From contig CAYLGV010000001.1 in assembly GCA_964383395.1 (NCBI GenBank), positions 4,031 through 68,030 on the forward strand: a DNA stretch of 64,000 bases. Reading direction: 5' to 3'. This document shows positions 32,403 through 41,892 of the stretch, piece after piece. This DNA comes from an uncultured Candidatus Saccharibacteria bacterium (GTDB taxonomy: Bacteria > Patescibacteriota > Saccharimonadia > Saccharimonadales > CAYLGV01). The first letter of the stretch is position 1, and each line of letters starts with the position of its first letter. Under the pieces are notes generated by a model, which saw only the letters and a program-made list of their open reading frames with translations, made no database searches and had not been told where the DNA came from. Made by a program: the position numbers and the translations under genes.

Positions 32403-32855
32403 ATGAACATCACTATTCTGGCTGTGGGCAAAAAACGAACTGAGTATTTTGAATCGGCATTAGCTGAGTACCAGAAGCGTTTGTCCCGCTGGGTCAAAGT
32501 TGAGTGGCGCATCATACCTGTAAGCTCTACCGATCTAGAAAGCCAACACCTTATTCGATGTATCGATGACGCTGGTAATCATAGTGTTTGCGTGCTTTTA
32601 GATGAACGTGGTCTAAACTGGTCAACGCCGGAACTAGCCAATAAGGTTGAAGCTTGGCAAAACCAAGCAATCAAGGAAGTTATATTTATAATCGGCGGCG
32701 CGCACGGCGTCAGCAAGCAACTGCAAGATACCGTTACACAGATATGGTCACTATCTACCCTAGTATTTCCTCATGAGTTAGTGCGTGTCTTGCTACTTGA
32801 ACAACTTTACCGGGCCTACGACTTAAATGCCGGCGGCAAGTACCATCACGCTTAG
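32403..32855 (+). CDS. rlmH: 23S rRNA (pseudouridine1915-N3)-methyltransferase
   Basis: MNITILAVGKK...LDERG...FIIGGAHG is SPOUT/RlmH-like. The track ORF start lies upstream inside the permease gene. Confidence 0.75.
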   Translation: MNITILAVGKKRTEYFESALAEYQKRLSRWVKVEWRIIPVSSTDLESQHLIRCIDDAGNHSVCVLLDERGLNWSTPELANKVEAWQNQAIKEVIFIIGGAHGVSKQLQDTVTQIWSLSTLVFPHELVRVLLLEQLYRAYDLNAGGKYHHA

Positions 32856-33607
32856 ATAATGCTACGAAATGTTGTTGAGGTCACGACTAAGTGATCAATT
32901 ACGTCAATACCCAAGAGCTTACCAGCGCTTACTAATTGCTCGGTTATTGAACTATCCGCTAAGGTGGGAGTTAATCGGCCAGATGGATGGTTATGGGCAA
33001 GAATGATCGCGATGGCACCCCGTTCGATAGCAGGTTGAAATACTTCACGTGGATGGACGATGTTAGCAGTGAGACTGCCAACCGATATAACTTCATCATG
33101 AATCAATTGATAGCGACTGTTTAAATATAAGCCCCGTAATTGTTCTTTACGCAAGTGGCCCATATCTTTCACGTACTCATAGGCTTGACGACTGTTACGC
33201 ACATACACTGGTCGACCGGCCTGCTTGGCAAAGTAGCGGCGTCCCAGCTCAAAACTCGCAACAACTTGGCAGGCTTTGACGAGTGGTATGTCGAGGGCTT
33301 CCATAAGTTTATGAGGGTCTTCTTCATTGATGATGGCCTTTTCGCCATATTCTTTGACTATGCGTCGGGCCATAGCCAAAACATCTTCCTTTTGTGTACC
33401 AACACCCAAAACGACCGACAAAAGTTCAGCAGCATTTAGGTTTTTGATACCACTAGACAGTAGTTTTTCACGCGGCTTTTGGTCGTCGGGAATATCACGA
33501 AACCTTAATACATAACGTTCGTCAGTTTCGCTCATAACATGGTCGTTGTCTTGCAAGGTGTAGCTTGTCACTATAGTGTTTGGCATAGATTTCACTATAG
33601 CAGACAA
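32852..33607 (-). CDS. radC: RadC-family JAB/MPN domain protein
   Basis: KPREKLLSSGIKNLNAAELLSVVLGVGT and HNHPSG. The true start may be an internal Met. Confidence 0.8.
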   Translation of the reverse strand: MSAIVKSMPNTIVTSYTLQDNDHVMSETDERYVLRFRDIPDDQKPREKLLSSGIKNLNAAELLSVVLGVGTQKEDVLAMARRIVKEYGEKAIINEEDPHKLMEALDIPLVKACQVVASFELGRRYFAKQAGRPVYVRNSRQAYEYVKDMGHLRKEQLRGLYLNSRYQLIHDEVISVGSLTANIVHPREVFQPAIERGAIAIILAHNHPSGRLTPTLADSSITEQLVSAGKLLGIDVIDHLVVTSTTFRSII

Positions 33608-33659
33608 AGGCCAGCCATTCTACGAACAGCCCATCAAACGCCCTACTTTTAATAATTTG

Positions 33660-36557
33660 TTAATGTTTTTTGGTAAGCCGACGTTGATAGTGTCCTTTGA
33701 GAAATGCCAAGTATGCGATGATTGGAATGGTTAAGAGGGCTATTAATGGACCGAAGAACCTGCCTAGCAAACCAGCGATCACTAGTGCCAAAATGATCCA
33801 AAGTGCTACTAAATGCCCTTGAGAACGTACACGTAGGTACTCGGCAGCCAGATAGTAGTATGGGAAGACCGTAACAACCAGGAAGGTGCTGGATAGCAGG
33901 CCGAAGATGAGCACCACAGAGAGGCCTTGCCAGAACGGGCTGGCAATTGCTAGTGGAATCAGTGAAACAACAGCTGTCATGCTGGTTGCAAACAGTGGTC
34001 GGAAGCGTTCTTCAAGTGCCGCTACAGTTGCATCAATAGGTGCCATTCCCTGTCGTCGTGCTTGGTTGGCATAATCTGTGAGAAGAATCGTGTTCTTAAT
34101 GCTCAAACCAACGAGTGCAAAGAAGCCAAGCATGGTGAAGAAACTAATGGCGTTATTGGTGAGCTTGAGTCCAAGCATCACACCAAAAATGCTAAATGGA
34201 ATAGCCATGAAGATGAGTAAAGGTTGCAGAAGTGAATGGAATTCGACTGCCAAGAGAAGGAAGATGACAAAGAGCAAAACTGGGAATGCCAGTGCTAATG
34301 TCTTAAACGAATCTTGATTGTCAGACTCCTGACCGATATCAAAGCTTAAGGCATCTCTTGGCAAGCCATAGCTCGTAATTTTATCGGGAGAAAATTCTTT
34401 CTTCACGGCTGTTTGAGCGAGCGTTACAAGAGTCGTTGTATCATTGCCGTCAAAGTTTGCTGTCACCGTTACGATAACCTTACCATCACTACGTTGGATA
34501 ATTGCGGCGTTAGATACGGTGGGATTTACGAAACGTGCGGTGGTTTTATTGGTACGTTTGAGTTCAGCTGTTTTCATCCAGGCTTGTAGATCATTGGCCA
34601 TCTTGGTTGCAGCCTCGCGGTTATCGGCACTTATTTGCACAGTAAAACCAGATGACGGTGGGCCAAGATCAACCTGAGCAACTGACACCTGTGCTTCCTG
34701 GAAGTCTTGATCGAAGGTTGACTGTAATTGTTTAACAAGTTCTGGTGAGGTTACATCACGTTTGCCATATGGCGTTAACTCAATATTTAGCGTTGCTGAC
34801 TGCGTACTGCCTGTATTGTAGTAGGAGGCTTCAACAAAGTTGTTGCCAAGTACCTGGCTCGTTACTTTCTCGGCTTGAGCAGTAATTGCTTCCGCGTCAT
34901 CGATAGTAGTGCCTGGCTTAAAGTTAACACTTACGGTTAGCCCGTTGGTGTCTTTGGAAGGTGGAAAAATATTGAAAACGACATCTCGAGCGATGAACAT
35001 ACCGGCGCCAACAAATAAGAGACCAACAAAAATTGCTGTGACAATTACACCGCCAAGGCGCTTACGTGAGGTGCGAGCCCAAAGCATAGGTTTTGCAATA
35101 AACGCTGCTAATTTAGCTTCAAAACCAGCGCTAAGCTCTTTTACGCCACTCTTACCAAGTTGTTTCTTACCAAGTAGCAAGAAACGGCTAAAGAATGGAA
35201 TAAAGATTAAAGCGACCAGCAAGCTGATAAGAAGTGAGGCAATCAACGTTAGTGGGATAGCTCGAATAAATGTACCGAGAATACCGCCGACAAAAAGTAG
35301 TGGTGCGAAACTAAGACAGGCGGTAAGTGTAGCAGCCAGCATAGCGCGACTAATCTTGGTGGCAGCTTCTTTGACAATTTCGCGGCGATCTTTGAGACGT
35401 TTACGGGCTGCATCGATAGCTTCCACCATAATGATGGTGTCATCGACGATGAGAGCCAAGCCCAAAATAAGGGCAAACAAGGTTATGACGTTTAGTGTAT
35501 TCCCCGAAGCGTACATAAGACCCAGTGTTGCAAGTAATACGGTGATCATTGACACCACGGTGATTACGGAGGCACGGATAGCTATAACGATTGAGCCAAC
35601 TACTAGGACAGCAATGAGCCCTTCAATGAGGACACGCTGCAATTCACCAATATTATCCTTAATAGATGGTGCAAAGCTTGCGCTGACTTTTGCCCCATAA
35701 TTCTCGAACTGAGGTTGCTTAAGCATTTCATCTATGGCTTTCTCAACATGATCATTGAGCTTTATAACATCGGTGCCCTTCTCTGTTGAAATACCGATCA
35801 GAACAGAGTTATAGAACTTGCTCTCATTTCCCTCTCGCTGGCCGTAACCATCGAAATTTTTCTGAATGGTAACAGGCTTGCCTGTCGCTGGATCAATACT
35901 TACTTCGAATGGACTCTTTACGAATACATCTTTCACTCCAGGTATATGCTGGTCTTTGAGCCATGTTGCGGCTTCTTCGGCCTTGGCTGAGGTCTGGGCG
36001 GTTGATGAGGTGCCTGTCTTGTCGTAAAACGATATCGCTTCATCAATTTGCTGAATATCTCCACCGGTCGCCCCAAAGTATGGTGCGTTAAAGCGTATTT
36101 GCGCTTGCGGTGGTATTTTGCCTGAATCCTTGACTGATTTCTCAAGGCGCGCCGCTGCACTTTGGGCGTCGGTGCCGTCTTTATACTGGATAGTAACGCT
36201 AAAGAAGTTCGGGGCGCTAGTGCTACTAACTGACTTCACATCTTTATCAGCCAGAGCAATATCGGAGATTGGCTTTGCGGCCTGTTGGTCTACTTTAATA
36301 GGGTCATTGACAAAGTAGCCGCCTGTTACGATGTTGAGAGGAATATTTACGCTTGGAAAGCCTTCTCTTCGCAAAAAGGTGGTGTAACTTAAGAAGCCAA
36401 ATAATACGATGGAAACCCATAATATAAATGTGAGTAAGGGTCTATCAAAAAACAGCAATGTTATACGCGGCAAAAACTTATCTTTGGGCTTGATGTCCTT
36501 ACTAGTTTTGGCCTTCGTCTTTGCTTTAGGTGTCTGCTTCGCTGGTTTTTTAGCCAT
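33660..36557 (-). CDS. RND-superfamily efflux transporter permease
   Basis: 965 aa with two blocks of transmembrane helices separated by large loops. No adaptor or outer-membrane partner gene is adjacent. Confidence 0.7.
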   Translation of the reverse strand: MAKKPAKQTPKAKTKAKTSKDIKPKDKFLPRITLLFFDRPLLTFILWVSIVLFGFLSYTTFLRREGFPSVNIPLNIVTGGYFVNDPIKVDQQAAKPISDIALADKDVKSVSSTSAPNFFSVTIQYKDGTDAQSAAARLEKSVKDSGKIPPQAQIRFNAPYFGATGGDIQQIDEAISFYDKTGTSSTAQTSAKAEEAATWLKDQHIPGVKDVFVKSPFEVSIDPATGKPVTIQKNFDGYGQREGNESKFYNSVLIGISTEKGTDVIKLNDHVEKAIDEMLKQPQFENYGAKVSASFAPSIKDNIGELQRVLIEGLIAVLVVGSIVIAIRASVITVVSMITVLLATLGLMYASGNTLNVITLFALILGLALIVDDTIIMVEAIDAARKRLKDRREIVKEAATKISRAMLAATLTACLSFAPLLFVGGILGTFIRAIPLTLIASLLISLLVALIFIPFFSRFLLLGKKQLGKSGVKELSAGFEAKLAAFIAKPMLWARTSRKRLGGVIVTAIFVGLLFVGAGMFIARDVVFNIFPPSKDTNGLTVSVNFKPGTTIDDAEAITAQAEKVTSQVLGNNFVEASYYNTGSTQSATLNIELTPYGKRDVTSPELVKQLQSTFDQDFQEAQVSVAQVDLGPPSSGFTVQISADNREAATKMANDLQAWMKTAELKRTNKTTARFVNPTVSNAAIIQRSDGKVIVTVTANFDGNDTTTLVTLAQTAVKKEFSPDKITSYGLPRDALSFDIGQESDNQDSFKTLALAFPVLLFVIFLLLAVEFHSLLQPLLIFMAIPFSIFGVMLGLKLTNNAISFFTMLGFFALVGLSIKNTILLTDYANQARRQGMAPIDATVAALEERFRPLFATSMTAVVSLIPLAIASPFWQGLSVVLIFGLLSSTFLVVTVFPYYYLAAEYLRVRSQGHLVALWIILALVIAGLLGRFFGPLIALLTIPIIAYLAFLKGHYQRRLTKKH

Positions 36558-36622
36558 AATCCCTCGCTATCTTTATAGATATGGTAGCAGAGTGGTTCAG
36601 AAAACAAAGTTTTCTTTATGTA

Positions 36623-36910
36623 TTAGGCTGTAGGTGATTCAGTTTGTTTGCCTTGCCAAAAGAGCTTCCAAAGTAGGGCTGGTGTTCGTTTCCAGCCTTC
36701 TTTTTTGGCTTCGTCTAAGGCAACCCTACCTGCAAGGCCTACGCCAATTAGGCCGATAATGATCTGGATTCCCCATACGACAGTGCGGAATTTGTCACTT
36801 GCTTGAGAGCTGGTGAGTTTACTGTTGTTGTGAGCAACATAGAGCAGTAGCTGGGCTATCGGTAGCCATGAAATAAGTACTAGTAGAATCCCGGCACGTA
36901 ATCGTTTCAT
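36623..36910 (-). CDS. Small membrane protein (95 aa)
   Basis: Two or three hydrophobic helices. Confidence 0.5.
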   Translation of the reverse strand: MKRLRAGILLVLISWLPIAQLLLYVAHNNSKLTSSQASDKFRTVVWGIQIIIGLIGVGLAGRVALDEAKKEGWKRTPALLWKLFWQGKQTESPTA

Positions 36911-36940
36911 GGTTATAGCATACCAAACATAGCTGCCATT

Positions 36941-37477
36941 TTAGGCATAATTAGGCTCAAGCAAAACGCCATTTTTTGAAACTGCCATCTCAGTACACAT
37001 ATTACTATTGAAGCAACATGGGCGACGCATACCTGAGCTTAGTTTGGAGATAGCCACCTCGACATGACGTTTACGGGTTTCGACTTGTTTGGTTGAGCGA
37101 ATCCAACGAACCCACTCCCATTGAGCCTTTGGGGTAACCTTACTCCAAGTATCTTGTGCTTTCGGGGCTTTCTTAAGCGCTTCCGCAAAATCTTTCGGAA
37201 GTTCGGGTAGTGGCCATTCTTTGGCTGGCTCAAAGTCAATACTAATAGTACTTCCTTCAACAATTCCGGCCGATTTCTGCAATTCCTTAGATACGTTAAA
37301 CCAATGGCTCCAATTTCCGTCTGGCTCAAGTGGTGCGGTGAACGGTTGGCCATTAATAGTTCCGGTTGCCATGCCCATCCCACGAGATGGTAACTTCTTG
37401 CTCACATCCGCAGGAATACGAACGACGAGCCAAGAGTCGATGGCGTATGGTTTTGCTTCGAAAGTGAGTTTACTCAT
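36941..37477 (-). CDS. DUF1905/YdeI-family protein
   Basis: LPSRGMGMATGTINGQPFTAPLEPDG is DUF1905-like. The C-terminal helical part is YdeI-like. Confidence 0.55.
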   Translation of the reverse strand: MSKLTFEAKPYAIDSWLVVRIPADVSKKLPSRGMGMATGTINGQPFTAPLEPDGNWSHWFNVSKELQKSAGIVEGSTISIDFEPAKEWPLPELPKDFAEALKKAPKAQDTWSKVTPKAQWEWVRWIRSTKQVETRKRHVEVAISKLSSGMRRPCCFNSNMCTEMAVSKNGVLLEPNYA

Positions 37478-37528
37478 GTTTATATGATAACAAGTTTAGC
37501 TCGTTATTACGTAGGCTATACTAGATGT

Positions 37529-38338
37529 ATGAATGTTCAAAATAAAGTTTTCGTTGTGACTGGTGCTGGTGGTGGCATTGGCGCCGAGTTGGTCTTAGAG
37601 CTGCTTTCAAGAGGTGCGCATGTAGCTGCAGTTGATATGCGCCAAGATAGTCTGATTGAGCTTGCAAAACGTGCTGACAACAATGTTGACCGGCTTACCA
37701 CCCATGTCGTTGATATTACTGATAAAGCTGCGGTTGCTACTTTACCCACCGTGATCAATGACAAGCATGGATCAGTAGATGGACTTATAAATAATGCGGG
37801 GATTATACAGCCATTCGTAAGAGTTAATGATATAGATTATGAAACTGTTGAACGTGTAATGCATGTGAACTTTTACGGCACACTCTATATGACAAAGGCT
37901 TTTCTGCCTGAGCTACTAAAGCGTGACGAAGCATATATTGTTAACGTTTCAAGTATGGGCGGCTTTCTGCCAGTGCCCGGTCAGTCGGTCTATGGTGCTT
38001 CAAAGGCTGCAGTTAAACTACTAACAGAAGGGTTGTACGCTGAATTGCTCGATACGTCAGTGCATGTCAGCGTGGTCTTCCCTGGTGCTACTAAAACTGA
38101 GATTACAAAGAACTCCAACGTTTCACTGCCATCATCTACTGGAGCTGATGCAGCAAAATTAGCAGCTTCAATGCTGTCTCCAGATCGTGCTGCATCAATT
38201 ATTCTTGATGGAATCGAAAAGAATAAACCACAAATATATACCGGCAAAGATTCTAAGCTGATGAACCGCTTGTATCGTTTGAGCCCGGTTCTTGCAACCA
38301 AATTTATTGCAAAACAAATGAAATCACTGCTGCCCTAA
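37529..38338 (+). CDS. Short-chain dehydrogenase/reductase
   Basis: VTGAGGGIG and YGASKAA. TATACT lies 6 nt before ATG 37529. Confidence 0.85.
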   Translation: MNVQNKVFVVTGAGGGIGAELVLELLSRGAHVAAVDMRQDSLIELAKRADNNVDRLTTHVVDITDKAAVATLPTVINDKHGSVDGLINNAGIIQPFVRVNDIDYETVERVMHVNFYGTLYMTKAFLPELLKRDEAYIVNVSSMGGFLPVPGQSVYGASKAAVKLLTEGLYAELLDTSVHVSVVFPGATKTEITKNSNVSLPSSTGADAAKLAASMLSPDRAASIILDGIEKNKPQIYTGKDSKLMNRLYRLSPVLATKFIAKQMKSLLP

Positions 38339-38342
38339 GCAG

Positions 38343-38906
38343 TTACTTATTCGATATGTTGGGTATAGCTAAGAGTTGTTTGAGCTGATCTTTGCACCAC
38401 CAACTCCATGCATCATTAGAGTCGTTCAAGGCTTGGGTGGTGAATTCTTCCCAAGAAAGCCATTTGTATGCATCTACCTCTAGAGGATTTGGCTTTGGCT
38501 GGTCAGTGGTTTTGGCGAAATATAACGGACATGCCTCATGTTCGACCACGCCTTTAAAAGGAGGAGTTTTGTACTGATACTTAGGTAACACGACGTGTGC
38601 ATCGGTGAGCGTCATACTTAGCTCGTACTCTACCCTTCTAATGATGGCGTCAGTAATAGATTCACCTGGTGCTGGGTGGCCGCAGCAACTGTTTGTCCAG
38701 GCTCCAGGCCAGACCTTTTTTGTATTTGCTCGTTGGGTTACTAATACTTTGCCGTCTGGCCGAAAAATATACACCGAAAATGCTAAATGAAGTGGTGTGT
38801 TCGCGTGATGGCTTTCAAGCTTTGGAGCAGTTCCAATAGGCTCCCAATCGTCGTTTACGAGCACAATATGCTCTGTCTCTGCTGGATCGATAGTTAGTTC
38901 ACTCAT
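38343..38906 (-). CDS. idi: Isopentenyl-diphosphate delta-isomerase, type 1
   Basis: LHLAFSVYIF...WTNSCCGHPAPGE, in the NUDIX-fold IDI-1 pattern. Confidence 0.8.
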   Translation of the reverse strand: MSELTIDPAETEHIVLVNDDWEPIGTAPKLESHHANTPLHLAFSVYIFRPDGKVLVTQRANTKKVWPGAWTNSCCGHPAPGESITDAIIRRVEYELSMTLTDAHVVLPKYQYKTPPFKGVVEHEACPLYFAKTTDQPKPNPLEVDAYKWLSWEEFTTQALNDSNDAWSWWCKDQLKQLLAIPNISNK

Positions 38907-39769
38907 GTTGAGAGACTACTAACAATTAAAATCAATGTAACCACAAAACCGGTGAATTGGTTGAGTAAAAGAAATTTGCGCCAACCTTTGTTTGCCTGTT
39001 CGGCGTGTTTGTCGGTGAGGTTAATGTATGGCCATACCATTGCTACATATCCAAGCATCGGAATACTGACCATTACGGCAGGCCAGCCACAGACCAGCAG
39101 CAATATGATAGTGGCAAGGTAGAGCACTAAACTCAGTCGTACTGTCTTAGCGGCTCCTAGATATGTACCTATTGAATGAATCTTTGCTGCCCGATCAGCT
39201 TGAATATCTTGCACAGCTCCAAACGCATGGCTTGCACAGCCCCATAAGAAAAAGGCTAACACATAGGGCCAATACACCGTTTGCCAACCTGTTATCAGCA
39301 TGGCAAAAACAAGTGGGCTTACAAAATGGAAGCTGGAATTTATAGAGTCCAGGAATGGCCGTTCCTTGAGTCGAAATGGTGGCATACTGTAGGAGATGGC
39401 ACCAAACACAATAAGCGCCAAGAACAGATTGCTTAGCAAGCTGCCGTGAACAAAAAGATACACCAGCGATACCGCGTTAAATAGAACGGTCGAAATGAGC
39501 ATGAAGCGGTGTGTGTCTGGTGGTAGTAGACCACCTTCAATACTGTTCTTGCGCGGGTTACGCAAGTCAGACTCATAATCGTACACATCGTTTACTACAT
39601 ACACCAGAAAGTTATAGGGGATCAAAAAATAAAATGTCGCCAGATAAAAATAAACATTCAACGAGCCACCAGTAGCTAAGTAGCCTGCCGCAAACGGAAA
39701 CGCGGTATTGATCCATGAAATCGGTCGAGACGAAACCAGTAATTTTGTCAGTTTATCGCTTGTTTTCAC
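38903..39769 (-). CDS. UbiA-family prenyltransferase, lycopene-elongase-like by context
   Basis: NDVYDYESD and a second Asp-rich motif QDIQAD, with 8-9 transmembrane helices. It sits directly after the split cyclase genes. Confidence 0.6.
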   Translation of the reverse strand: MKTSDKLTKLLVSSRPISWINTAFPFAAGYLATGGSLNVYFYLATFYFLIPYNFLVYVVNDVYDYESDLRNPRKNSIEGGLLPPDTHRFMLISTVLFNAVSLVYLFVHGSLLSNLFLALIVFGAISYSMPPFRLKERPFLDSINSSFHFVSPLVFAMLITGWQTVYWPYVLAFFLWGCASHAFGAVQDIQADRAAKIHSIGTYLGAAKTVRLSLVLYLATIILLLVCGWPAVMVSIPMLGYVAMVWPYINLTDKHAEQANKGWRKFLLLNQFTGFVVTLILIVSSLST

Positions 39770-40061
39770 AGTATTCCCAGATTAACACAACCAACACGAC
39801 GGAAGCGACGGCATACGCAAAATCTTCTATGGGTGCCCTGCCAATATACACGCCAAGAATGCGCGCAGTGTCGTAACCAACAATGCCAGCCGCAATAATA
39901 AGTGAGTCAAACAGGACGGTAAGTAACAGAATGGCTGAGAGGGTGAACCAGAACGGCTTTAAGATGTGATGTTTGTGCTTGGCTGGTATACGACGAAGCA
40001 ATATAAGACTTGCCAAGATAGTTCCAAGCAGTACTAAACCGTTCAATACCAGATAATTCAT
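39753..40061 (-). CDS. Lycopene-cyclase-domain small membrane subunit (CrtYd/CrtYf-like)
   Basis: 102 aa with 3 transmembrane segments. One of a pair of small subunits after crtI, with an ATGA overlap. Confidence 0.55.
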   Translation of the reverse strand: MNYLVLNGLVLLGTILASLILLRRIPAKHKHHILKPFWFTLSAILLLTVLFDSLIIAAGIVGYDTARILGVYIGRAPIEDFAYAVASVVLVVLIWEYCENKR

Positions 40062-40369
40062 GTTCTTTCCACCTGTCGCTTAATCATGAGATATACAAGT
40101 AGACTGGTGTAATTTAGGAGCGTCAAAAAGAATAGTTCTTCTAGCGGAAATTGTCCTATGCGTATGCCAAGCAGAAAGGTTGTTTGGCCGATAAAAAATA
40201 TGTTAGACAGTATGCCAGCAATGTCCCACAATACGAAGAAACCGATAGTGATGAGCAAAATCAATGCAGTACGTTTCGCGTGCTTAAAGAATGCCAGCCT
40301 AAGCCGATAATCAATAAATGCCAAGCCGCCAAGCGAAACAAGCAAAGCGATCATGTACGCACCACTCAT
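40058..40369 (-). CDS. Lycopene-cyclase-domain small membrane subunit (CrtYc/CrtYe-like)
   Basis: The start is set at the ATG overlapping the crtI stop (ATGA). About 103 aa with 3 transmembrane segments. Confidence 0.55.
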   Translation of the reverse strand: MSGAYMIALLVSLGGLAFIDYRLRLAFFKHAKRTALILLITIGFFVLWDIAGILSNIFFIGQTTFLLGIRIGQFPLEELFFLTLLNYTSLLVYLMIKRQVERT

Positions 40370-41892
40370 AATTTCACCTGTTTGATTGCCTGGGGTGCGC
40401 CCGCCGACCAATCTTTGACCATGTGTTTATACACTAATTGCGCACTAATAATACACATTGGTACACCAATCCCTGGTTGTGTGCCGCCGCCCACATAATA
40501 GAGATTCTTTACTTTCTTGCTTTTAACGCCAGGTCGTAAGATGGCAGTTTGTCTAAGGGTATGACTCATTCCAAGAGCAGTGTTTTGCCAGGCATTGAAA
40601 GCGTCTCCAAAATACTGAGGTGTGCGGATCTCTTTAACCACGATGCGAGAGCGTAGGTCATCAATCCCCGACATGGTTTCGAGCTGTTCAAGATAATGCT
40701 CAGCGTATGAGCTAATAGCTTTTGCATCTTTGTCTGCTCCAGCTGGTAATGGTACCAATACAAAGATATTCTCGTGCCCTTTTGGTGCGGTAGCTGCATC
40801 CGTAGCAGTTGTTTTACTTACGTATATCGATGCTTTCTCGGGCCACACCTTTGATTTATAGATGTCATCAAAGTTTTGTTTCCAAGCTGATACAAAAAAT
40901 AAATTGTGGTGCTCAAGCTCAGGTAACTCACCCTTAACACCAAGGTACATAAGCAGCGCCGATGGTCCGGCCTGCCGCTTACTCCAATAGTCTGAAGAAT
41001 AAGACCTATCCTGGGGCTTTAACAATGATTGCTCGGTGAAGTGCAGATCAGCGTTCGAGATAACTACATCTGCATGAATAGTTTTACCGTCAACAGTTAT
41101 CCCAATTGCTTTCCCCTTTTCTGTGATTATATTTTCTACAGGGCTATTGTAGTGATATTTCACGTCCAGTTCTTTGCCCAATGAAACCAATGCCTCTGTG
41201 ACAGCGTGCATACCGTGCTTAGCTGGGTAAAACACTCCTTCTTGAAAATCTAGATAGCTCATAAGTTGATAAAGCGCTGGAGTTGTAAATGGTGAGGCAC
41301 CCAAGAAAACACTGGGATATTCAAGAATTTGTTGCAGTTCTTGTCGCTTGAAATGCCTAGCAACATAGCTGTGTAATGTTTGACTAAACATAGGTAGTAG
41401 CGATGGAGACGCTTTTATAACTTCACGATTAGCGAGGTCTACGTAGCGTTTAAATGGATTGTAGAGGAAATATGTAAGAGCAGCATCGTAGTGGCGTCGG
41501 CCACGCTTTATATATGAGCGAAGTTTCTCGGCCGCACCCGGTTCAAGTGTTTCAAATGTCTTTAGGTTTTTTTCTAAATCACCCGTGATTGTAACGGGCT
41601 CAATCGTTTCAAAAAATACTTTATAAGCTGGATCGAGACGAATGAGCTCAAAGTAGTCCCCTATTTGCTTATCAAATAATTTGAAGTAACTCGAAAAAAC
41701 ATCACTCATGAGATACCATGAAGGACCACTGTCAAAAGTATAACCGTCTGTTTTTAGTTGTCCCATACGACCACCAGGCTGGGCATTTTTTTCGTATATC
41801 GAAACATCCATACCAGCTTTCGCAAGCATATTTGCGAGAGCTAAACCTCCTGCTCCTGCGCCAATAATAATTGCTGTTTGCTTATGAGCCAT
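40366..41892 (-). CDS. crtI: Phytoene desaturase
   Basis: IIIGAGAGGLALA...GGRMG...DSGPSW. 508 aa, FAD-dependent CrtI family. Confidence 0.85.
   Translation of the reverse strand: MAHKQTAIIIGAGAGGLALANMLAKAGMDVSIYEKNAQPGGRMGQLKTDGYTFDSGPSWYLMSDVFSSYFKLFDKQIGDYFELIRLDPAYKVFFETIEPVTITGDLEKNLKTFETLEPGAAEKLRSYIKRGRRHYDAALTYFLYNPFKRYVDLANREVIKASPSLLPMFSQTLHSYVARHFKRQELQQILEYPSVFLGASPFTTPALYQLMSYLDFQEGVFYPAKHGMHAVTEALVSLGKELDVKYHYNSPVENIITEKGKAIGITVDGKTIHADVVISNADLHFTEQSLLKPQDRSYSSDYWSKRQAGPSALLMYLGVKGELPELEHHNLFFVSAWKQNFDDIYKSKVWPEKASIYVSKTTATDAATAPKGHENIFVLVPLPAGADKDAKAISSYAEHYLEQLETMSGIDDLRSRIVVKEIRTPQYFGDAFNAWQNTALGMSHTLRQTAILRPGVKSKKVKNLYYVGGGTQPGIGVPMCIISAQLVYKHMVKDWSAGAPQAIKQVKL

Noticed and set aside
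34909-35700. A 263-aa plus-strand ORF inside the RND transporter gene. Similar long antisense ORFs occur at 12595-12924, 14029-14334, 25055-25357, 26614-27054, 11053-11388, 53530-53871, 52864-53247 and 58697-58984.
   Set aside because: Each lies fully inside a longer opposite-strand gene with clear family motifs. Their products are low-complexity and Ser/Arg/Ala-rich, with no start context. They are typical shadow ORFs.
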